Virus record (IMG/VR): IMGVR_UViG_3300034071_001405
Coordinates: 4,250 to 68,249 of that record
Reading direction: 5' to 3' (one strand)
Length of the DNA: 64,000 nucleotides
Source: a virus
Below the pieces are notes generated by a model. That model was not told the DNA's origin. It made no database searches and saw only the letters and a list, made by a program, of their open reading frames with translations. Position numbers and translations under genes: made by a program. This document shows, in pieces, positions 18,615 to 27,500 of the stretch. Every line of letters starts with the position of its first letter. Position 1 is the first letter of the stretch.

Positions 18615-21600
18615 ATGAGTGAGAACTTTACAAATACTAGTTCTGTAAAAACCAATACCTTTAATAAAGGTATGGTTAAAGACAATACTGAAATTTACAT
18701 GTCAGAAGGTCTTTGGACTAATGCTATAAATGCAATTAACAATTCTCATCATGGTGAGTCAGGTTCTATAGGAAATGAACCTTCAAACAGATTATGTGCC
18801 AGTGCTCCTTACACAATCATTGGTTTTGCAAACATCTCACAAACAAGATGGGTTATATTTTCTACAAATGACACTGATTCTGAAATTGGAATTTTTGATG
18901 AAAGTGATTGCACTTATACTTTAACAGTTAATGACCCATGCTTAGGTTTTAAAAGAACACATTTGATTACAGCTGTAGTTAAAGGAAACTATGACTGTAC
19001 AGACTCTGCATATTTTGCAGACAATCTAAATCCTGATCGTGTACTAAACTTGAACAGAGTACCTTACAAAGTAATAGGAGATACTAATCCAGATCCTGAT
19101 TGCTATGAACCAGAATATTCTACTGACCTTGATTGCGATGCTTTAAGACTTCATCCTTTGGTAGACCAACCTTGCGTAAGCGTTATAAAATCACAAGGTG
19201 CTGGCCAATTAAACAATGGTAGTTACATGGCGGTTGTAGCGTACTCTGAAAATGGTGTACGTTTAACAGACTATAGTATTCCTAGCGTGCCACAACCTCT
19301 TTGGGACCATACTGGTATAGGTGGTTCACTTGAAGTAACAGTTGACAGATTAGACCAAAACTTTGAAGAATATGAGTTAGTTATTATTGCAACTGTAAAT
19401 CAGCAAACTATCGCTAAGAAAATTGGCTACTATTCAATTCGTCAAAAAACAGTAACAGTTGATTTATTTCAACAGTCTTTGATCACTGTTGACATAACAC
19501 AAATTCCATTACGCTCTGTTGTTTATGAAAAGAGTGAAAAGTTATTTGATGTTAATGGTTATTTGATAAGAACAGGTGTAACAACTCAACCTTACTTTAA
19601 TTATCAAGAATTAGCAAACAAAATAAAATCACAATGGGTTGCAGTTGAATATCCAGTAGATTATTACTGGGGTAGTGGAAACAAAACAGGTTACATGAGA
19701 GATGAAGTATATTCATTCTTTATAAGATGGGTGTATAAAACAGGAGCACGTTCTGCATCATTCCACATACCCGGTAGAATTGCAAATCCTACAGATCTTC
19801 AAGCAGTAGCAACACCAGATGTATTATATCCAAATGAAACACAAGTGTGGCAGGTTTATGATACAGCAACAAAGTTTAATGCTACAGGTACACTTCCTGA
19901 TGGAGGTGTTATAATTGCAAAAGGTGACATGGCCTTTTGGCAATCAACAGAACGTTACCCTGATGACAGAGAATCAGTTTGGGGAGTACTATGTGGTAAA
20001 CCAATACGTCATCACAAAATGCCATCAAATGAAACAACACACATACACAATCAAGGTGGTGACAAAATAGTATTGTTAGGTGTTGAGTTTTCAAACATTG
20101 AACATCCTATTGATGAAAATGGCCTGCCTATTGTAGATGTTGTTGGATATGAAATACTAAGAGGCTCCCGTGAAGGTAACCGTTCAATTGTAGCAAAAGG
20201 CATGTTTAACAACATGTTGGAATATGACTTGCCAGGCAACACAACAAAAAAAGGTCTTATACAAAACTATCCTTATAATGACTTAAGACCTGACAATTTC
20301 TTAACTGATGATTTTAGTGTTCTTGATTCAGGTTCTGGGAGTCCTGGTAACATAGAAGAAACATCTAAACTTAACAAATACAAGAATAACATTTTTTCAT
20401 TTCACTCTGTTGAAACAAGTTTTGTCAAACCTTATTTAGGAACAAACCACATTAAAATTTACACAGAGGAAAGAGGTGTTGTGAATGGCAAATTTGAATT
20501 TCCACATAAACATCCAAAACACATTATTATAACTAATTTTGCATTTACTGTTGCTGCTTTGGTTGGTGCAGGTATAGCAGCGGTAGCATCAATTGGTAAA
20601 ACTACTGTAACAGGTGGACAATATCCATTGGTTGCTGCTTCAGGTAGCCCTTTTGGTTCTGCAACTAGAGAATCAGGTACAGGTTCAATTACAGCAGATT
20701 TAATAGGTGCAAATGCTTTACAACTTTCATCAGGTTTTGCTGCTGCTGGTACTTTAGGTACTGCAGCAGGTATAGCAGCTTTAGGTGTTTCTTATGCTTA
20801 CTATTGGGGACAAGGTTTAGACCAAGCATTAGAAGTTATAAGAAACTTTTCTAAACCACGTCAGTACATGTTACAGTATAACTCACATGGTTTTTATTCT
20901 AATTATTCAAACGTTTCAAACAGCAATGTGCCATCAGGTCTGTCTCAATCTATAAGAAGAGCAGTATCTGATTCAGGTGCAAAATATATTGGTTCAGGAC
21001 TTCATGACCTTGATGCTACATTCCGTATCAACAATCTTAATCGTAATAAATATGTTGCACTAAAGTTACAAGGAACAGTACCAAACCCTTCAAGTTCTGT
21101 TGACAAAACTAAACACAGAATAAAAGATGGTGGTGTTACTTATGAAGAACCAACAAAAAATGAAGTTAGAAATGATACAGTTGCATATTATGGTGCAGTA
21201 AAAGTAGATTTTCAAAATCAATATGGCCAGCTATCATCAATTGTTCAACTTCCAACTGACTCATGTGTTTACAATACTGTTCCACAGTTGTTAGTTAAAA
21301 ATACAACAGGTGTACTATTTGGAGGAGATGTTTACATTAATCGTTACACAGAAAAGAACCCTTACATGTTTTTTAATACATGGATGTTTGACATGCCAGA
21401 AAATACTGAGTATGACTATCGCAACTATGTTAATGGTCCTGCTCCACGTTATTGGGTAAACTATGAAAGATTTGATGGGCAAGATTTTAACGTATCAATT
21501 TTACCTAATTTTCCTTCAGGTCCACTTGTTGATTTTACAACACCAAGTGACCAACATAGATTAGATAGACCAAGTTCTGTTACTGGAACACTGGTTGTTA

Positions 21601-24599
21601 AAAATAGTTATGTGTATTTATTTCACAATGGTGTAAGAGATTTTTTTACAGAATCTGAACTAAACATGGCATTTCGTGATTATGGTGAAAATGACTATGA
21701 GAAATTCTATGATGTTTATGGAAACTCCTTTAGTGACTTACCAACAATGTTTAGGTCAGACCTAATTACAAAACCAATTTACCACAAATATGATTTATCA
21801 CTTAGCAGCTCAAAACTCTTCAACAACTTTGCATCCTGGGGGTCTATTCTTCCAAGGGACTATGACCCAAGACTATACTCAACTTGTTTTGAATACTTCC
21901 CTGACAGAGCAATATATTCACTTCAGCAACAAGACGGTCTCAAGAGAGATAATTGGAGAAATTTCTTACCGCTTAACTACAAAGACTTCTCAGGAAAAAT
22001 AAACACAATTAAAAATCTAAACGCTACTGGCGCAATGATTTTGTTTGAAAATGCTGAGCCTTTAATGTTTGTTGGCGTTGACCAATTACAAACGCAAGGA
22101 GGTGTAAAAGTATCTATAGGAGATGGTGGATTATTCCAAGGTAACATGCAAGCATTAGTTAATGCAGATGATACTATTGGTTATGCAAGTAGTATATCCT
22201 CAAGAGCAGCAGTAAACACACCTTTTGGTTTATTCTTTGTATCACAGCAATCAGGTAAAATAATGCAGAATGCTGGAGGTATACAGGAAATATCACGTAA
22301 TGGTATGAAGCATTGGTTTAATGAAAACCTACCTTCAAAAATGTTGGAACAATATCCTGATTTTCCATTGTATGACAACCCTGTTGTTGGCATTGGAGTG
22401 CAGGCTATTTATGATCCACAATATGAACTTGTTTACTTTACAAAACGTGACTATGTACCTTTAAGAGATGATTTGTTCTTTGATGCACCTAATGGTATTC
22501 CTTACTATCTTTGTGGTAACACTGGCGGTGAAGTACTTCCCCCTAGTTGTGTAGCACGTGCGACAGGAAGAATAAGTTCTAATGCATATAGTGAAAGTGG
22601 CATTACATTGTCATGGATACCACCGTCATTATTATCAGGTGAAGATCAGCCAACATCATATCAAATTGTTTTTGCTGTGCAGTTAACACCAGGTGTTTTT
22701 ACATCGTTGGGAACACCATCACCTGTTGTAGTAGCAGGTAACGTAACAAGTAGAAGTTATCCAATGTTATTAACTTATTCTGGTGGAACACATTCTCTTA
22801 ATACATCAGATGTATATAGAATAACTGTAACAACAGTATATCCCTGTGGCGAAATTATTGCTTATGTTACAGGTACATTGGCACAAATTACAGCAGGTAC
22901 AGCTACTATGACATATCCTGATGGTATGGTTGGTTCTGTGATGAATTTTACTCCATTGAATGAACCAGAGTATTGTGTAGCTCCTATAGACATAGCTTTT
23001 GTGCTTGATGTTACAGGTACTATGGGTTCCGTTTTAACAAACTTGCAAAGTAGCATGTCTGCTATTGCTGCAGATATTGCTTTAAAGTCTAACAATAACT
23101 ATCAATTGGGATTACTAACAGTTAATGAATTACCTGGTGGTCCTGAAGCTAACTTTCCAAGAGTAATGTTTTCATTAAACAACATTACAGCATTTCAAAG
23201 TACATTAAACACTTTGACAGTTTGTTGTGGTGGAAATGATCCTGAACCTACTGACATTGGTATTTTAAATGTGTTTGATGGAGCACTTGGAGCTTTTAGA
23301 CCAAATGCTGTAAAGATGATCATCATGATAACAGATGCTTTACCTTCTGGTGGTGATGATACATATACAACAGGTGTTGATAACGTTGCAGTTACTGACA
23401 TTGCAAATGAAGCTGCTTCACTAGGTATAAAAATATATCCTATTGCTACAGGTGTTGGTGTTACTGGTCCATCTGCAGCAACTATAGCAACATTACATAA
23501 TATTTACGCATCTATAAGCGGAGGAGTTTCAAATACTTCAACTACAGGTGAAATTGGTTTTATAATACAAGATGAAATAATAAACGTTCCTTGCCCACCA
23601 CCACAGTTAAACTGCTTAATATCTGCATCAATTCTTAGAATTACAGTAGGTCAAAGTACAACACTTTCATGGGATGCAGGTGATTCTATCAACACAACCA
23701 TTACTGGAATTGGAGCAGTGGCTTCAACAGGAACAAGGGTTGTGTCTCCAACAGTAACAACAACTTATACTTTAATATCAAATGGTTCAAACGGTCTTAG
23801 TTTTAGTTGTTCTGTTACTATTGTTGTAGTACCAGTAACAACAGTAAAGTGCCCATGTGAATTCAATGACCCTGCTTGTTTTACACCTTGTAACTGGACT
23901 ATTAGTTATGACCCTAAAAATAAACAATGGATAAGTTTCCATGATTGGAAACCTACACTTGTGATGCCATCATACAAACACTTTTTTACCATAAATGGTA
24001 ATTCACTATGGAGACACAATGACCGTTGGGATGACTTTTGTAACTACTATGGTGTTGATTATCCATGGGAAGTAGAGTTTCCAGTAGTAACTCCAAACAA
24101 CATTACTACATTAAGAAGTATAGAATACACTCTTGATGTTTATAAGTTTTTCAATGATGGTAAGGATTTTCATCATATATTAGATGAGAATTTTGATAGA
24201 GCAGTGTTGTACAACTCAGAACAAATATCAGGTCTTCTCAGACTTAGGTTAAAGGGTAAGAATGCTCCTTTAGACTTAGTAAATTATCCTCAACTTTCTG
24301 CAAATGGTATTGATATCTTATACAGCAAAGAAGAGAACAAGTTTCGCTTCAACCAGTTTTGGGACATTACAAGAGACCGTAGTGAATTCAACACTACACG
24401 TAATCCTATGTTTAATACAATATGTGCAGGATACCAAAAAGACATTAACCCAAATTACATAGACTACTTTAAATCAACACTTGAACGCAAGAAGTTCAGA
24501 CACTATGGTAACAGTATCATATTGCGTAAAAACCTAAGCGAAGATAAGAAGTTCATACTTAAACTTTCTAACACAAAACAATTGAACAGTTCCAGATAA
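18615..24599 (+). CDS. Muzzle/tail stabilisation protein with FN3-vWA-Ig-like insertion, 1994 aa
   Basis: NTFNKGM start; GYMRDEVYSF, IRHHKMP, GGDVYI and WISFHDWKP segments; synteny before the cargo genes. Confidence 0.8.
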   Translation: MSENFTNTSSVKTNTFNKGMVKDNTEIYMSEGLWTNAINAINNSHHGESGSIGNEPSNRLCASAPYTIIGFANISQTRWVIFSTNDTDSEIGIFDESDCTYTLTVNDPCLGFKRTHLITAVVKGNYDCTDSAYFADNLNPDRVLNLNRVPYKVIGDTNPDPDCYEPEYSTDLDCDALRLHPLVDQPCVSVIKSQGAGQLNNGSYMAVVAYSENGVRLTDYSIPSVPQPLWDHTGIGGSLEVTVDRLDQNFEEYELVIIATVNQQTIAKKIGYYSIRQKTVTVDLFQQSLITVDITQIPLRSVVYEKSEKLFDVNGYLIRTGVTTQPYFNYQELANKIKSQWVAVEYPVDYYWGSGNKTGYMRDEVYSFFIRWVYKTGARSASFHIPGRIANPTDLQAVATPDVLYPNETQVWQVYDTATKFNATGTLPDGGVIIAKGDMAFWQSTERYPDDRESVWGVLCGKPIRHHKMPSNETTHIHNQGGDKIVLLGVEFSNIEHPIDENGLPIVDVVGYEILRGSREGNRSIVAKGMFNNMLEYDLPGNTTKKGLIQNYPYNDLRPDNFLTDDFSVLDSGSGSPGNIEETSKLNKYKNNIFSFHSVETSFVKPYLGTNHIKIYTEERGVVNGKFEFPHKHPKHIIITNFAFTVAALVGAGIAAVASIGKTTVTGGQYPLVAASGSPFGSATRESGTGSITADLIGANALQLSSGFAAAGTLGTAAGIAALGVSYAYYWGQGLDQALEVIRNFSKPRQYMLQYNSHGFYSNYSNVSNSNVPSGLSQSIRRAVSDSGAKYIGSGLHDLDATFRINNLNRNKYVALKLQGTVPNPSSSVDKTKHRIKDGGVTYEEPTKNEVRNDTVAYYGAVKVDFQNQYGQLSSIVQLPTDSCVYNTVPQLLVKNTTGVLFGGDVYINRYTEKNPYMFFNTWMFDMPENTEYDYRNYVNGPAPRYWVNYERFDGQDFNVSILPNFPSGPLVDFTTPSDQHRLDRPSSVTGTLVVKNSYVYLFHNGVRDFFTESELNMAFRDYGENDYEKFYDVYGNSFSDLPTMFRSDLITKPIYHKYDLSLSSSKLFNNFASWGSILPRDYDPRLYSTCFEYFPDRAIYSLQQQDGLKRDNWRNFLPLNYKDFSGKINTIKNLNATGAMILFENAEPLMFVGVDQLQTQGGVKVSIGDGGLFQGNMQALVNADDTIGYASSISSRAAVNTPFGLFFVSQQSGKIMQNAGGIQEISRNGMKHWFNENLPSKMLEQYPDFPLYDNPVVGIGVQAIYDPQYELVYFTKRDYVPLRDDLFFDAPNGIPYYLCGNTGGEVLPPSCVARATGRISSNAYSESGITLSWIPPSLLSGEDQPTSYQIVFAVQLTPGVFTSLGTPSPVVVAGNVTSRSYPMLLTYSGGTHSLNTSDVYRITVTTVYPCGEIIAYVTGTLAQITAGTATMTYPDGMVGSVMNFTPLNEPEYCVAPIDIAFVLDVTGTMGSVLTNLQSSMSAIAADIALKSNNNYQLGLLTVNELPGGPEANFPRVMFSLNNITAFQSTLNTLTVCCGGNDPEPTDIGILNVFDGALGAFRPNAVKMIIMITDALPSGGDDTYTTGVDNVAVTDIANEAASLGIKIYPIATGVGVTGPSAATIATLHNIYASISGGVSNTSTTGEIGFIIQDEIINVPCPPPQLNCLISASILRITVGQSTTLSWDAGDSINTTITGIGAVASTGTRVVSPTVTTTYTLISNGSNGLSFSCSVTIVVVPVTTVKCPCEFNDPACFTPCNWTISYDPKNKQWISFHDWKPTLVMPSYKHFFTINGNSLWRHNDRWDDFCNYYGVDYPWEVEFPVVTPNNITTLRSIEYTLDVYKFFNDGKDFHHILDENFDRAVLYNSEQISGLLRLRLKGKNAPLDLVNYPQLSANGIDILYSKEENKFRFNQFWDITRDRSEFNTTRNPMFNTICAGYQKDINPNYIDYFKSTLERKKFRHYGNSIILRKNLSEDKKFILKLSNTKQLNSSR
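22981..23580 (+). other. vWA domain within muzzle protein
   Basis: IDIAFVLDVTGTM (MIDAS-like), GGNDPEP, KMIIMITDALP, GIKIYPI. Confidence 0.85.
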
Positions 24600-27500
24600 T
24601 GAAGACCAATAGAGAAATACTGATGAAATTTATATCCACAGAAGGATACAAGCGTAATAGCCCTGACAAAAACAGGCCCTTTAACGTAATTCCTTCTGGT
24701 AATATAACTATGCAGGATGTAGACTTTCCTGTGAAAGGAGTTGATAACTTAGGTAATGAGATGATAATGATGCCAGGTGAAGAGTACACTTTCCCTGGAG
24801 ACTACGTAGTTGAAACACCAATGGCTCAATTAGGAGGTAATACATTTGATTTTGTAAGAAATCAAAACAATCAAGGTTTATTTGAAGATTATAATTTCAA
24901 TAAGTTTAGAGAAACATTACCAGACAATCTCAAAAACACAAATCCTAGTACTTATAACATGAAAGGTTATTGGGAAGCTTTGGGCAAACCTGCAAATTTT
25001 GATTATTCTCAACCAACTGAAGAAGATGGATATTATCACGCTTTTTCAAGAAACCCTAAAACAGGTGAAATATTAAAATCACCAAATCACCCTACTTTTA
25101 AAACAGCAATAGAAAGAGACATACAGTCAGGTTATACTCCTTATGTTTCTCCAGAAGGAAAAGTTTTTACATTTGGTAAAGAAGATAAAGTACCAGAAGG
25201 ATATAGAAAATATCAAGCAGGAGGAACAAGACGTCCTATTTTTACATCTAACCCTAATGATCCTAGGATACAAAATTATGGTGACAGTTTAAATTTGTAC
25301 AACTACTCTAAAAATTTATCAAGATCCTTTCCCAATTTACCAGAAGTAACTGAACAACAATACAAACAGTTACAAGAAAAAGATAATAACTTGTTAAATT
25401 ATGAATTTGACCAAGTTGCATATAAAAAAGATAAAAATGAAGGAAAAGTTAAAAACTTTGATGATTACATTTATAGTGGTAAAAAATCTGAAATACATAA
25501 CACACCTCAATATTTAAAAAATAATCAAATAGAATTAGACAAGTACTCTAGTGATGAAACAGGTAAATATAACATTGAATTACCTGATGGTACAATAAAA
25601 AGTCCTGGTTATTTATATAATGGAAAACCTCAATGGGATGATTATAGTATTTGGAATCCAAATACAAAAACATCTTCACATTACACAAAAAATTTCAGTA
25701 CTGGCAAATATGAATTGAGTCATGTTTTATCAGATAACATAAAACCTATAAAAACAAAATATTTTGGAGAAGATAAAACATTCAAAGGTGATGTTATTAG
25801 TACATCATCTAAATCAACAGGCTGGTATAAAAAAGGAGAAAAACCAGTTTTTAAAACTGATTCTAAGAAAGAATATGTAGATACACACATACCACTTGAA
25901 ACACTTGATGTTTACAAAAAACCTGTTCAACCTGTAATATATAAAAAACAAAAACTTGCAAATAATGCTACACCAACAGAAACACTCGTAGTCACAAAAG
26001 CAGAACTTACACCTACACCTAAAGTAGAAAGAAAAGTAGTTAGTGTTGCACCAGAAGAAGTTAAAGCAGGAACTAAAACTACATCAGGTAAACAAATAGG
26101 AAGTGGTACAGCAGGAGGTAGAATATACAGAGTAAAATATGATAATGGTGAAACTGAAATTCTCAATGAATTTGAATACAGAAGTAGAGGTTTAAAAATG
26201 CAAGAAGGAGGACAAACAGGATGGTTGGATAACTATCAAGATGGTGGACCCCAAATGTACCCGGGGCCTAGCTTGCAATTTCAACAACAAGTACAGAACT
26301 TTGTTAACAAAACACCTAATACCTTTGTAAGACGCGAACCTATAACTGTAAGTCAATCAGACAACACAAGAACAAATGCTGTAGAGAATGCAAAAAGAGA
26401 TTTAGAATCATACACGCCACAAGAAAGAGCATACTTTGCACAAAACAATATACCTAGAGACCAATGGTTTTCTGCAAAAACTAAAATGCAAAATGATGCT
26501 GTTCTAAAAAGAAGAGAGGAAGTAAGAAAACAAGCTCAAGTAGATGTAGAAAACAATTTTTTCAAAAGCACAAAAGCAACCAACGAACAACTAAGAAATG
26601 AATTTAGGTTGTTTCCAAATGACCCTAACAGTTTCTTTGATGAGTATTTAAATGTCCCTAATCACATAGGTAATTTTGCTGCAAGTTTAGGAGAAAATTT
26701 TACAGGTGAGCAACCTTTTGATCCTTGGAAACTGGCCACAGATATTGTAACACCTGCTTTTGTAGGAATGACAGCAGGAATAGGTGCACAAAATACTGGA
26801 CAGTTTGTTAATAATTTGATAAATCCTTTAGCAGGAATAGGCAACCCTTTAAAACGTTCTGTCAATATAACTTCTTCAGTAGATAATGTTATTCAACCAG
26901 CTACTCCAAAACCATGGCAAATGCAAGAACTTCCAGGATTACATTTAAAATCTACAATGGAAGGAGAAGCTATTTCTAAAATAATAGAACCTAAAACTGG
27001 ACTGATAAATACAGAACAAGCTCTTGCAATTATAGGAAAAGAATCAGGAGGTGCTGATAAAGTTGCTTTGATAAGACAAGGATTAGGGGATAATATTCCA
27101 CAAAAGATGGATTATAATGATTTTAGAAAAACTGTACAAGACCAACTTATTCCTTTAGAAAAACAGTTCTCTACAAGAAAAAGTGATTATGGAATAGACA
27201 GACTTGGGTATAATTATGGTACAGTAGAAGAAAATATTGGAGGTACTTTTAATGTTTATGGTAATCCTACAAAATTCAAAACAAGAAAAGAAGCTGAAGA
27301 ATTTTTAAAACTTAATAGTCCTATTGAAAACCAAACTCTTATATTAGGAAACAAAAATAAATTTGGTAGAGGTTCTGATGCTCATGGTAATCCTGAAGAA
27401 ACACTAGGTCACGCTCATTTTTTAAGAGATGCTGAAACTCCTGATGTATTAACAGTAACACAAATACAATCTGATGCTTTTCAAGGTACACATAGAATAA

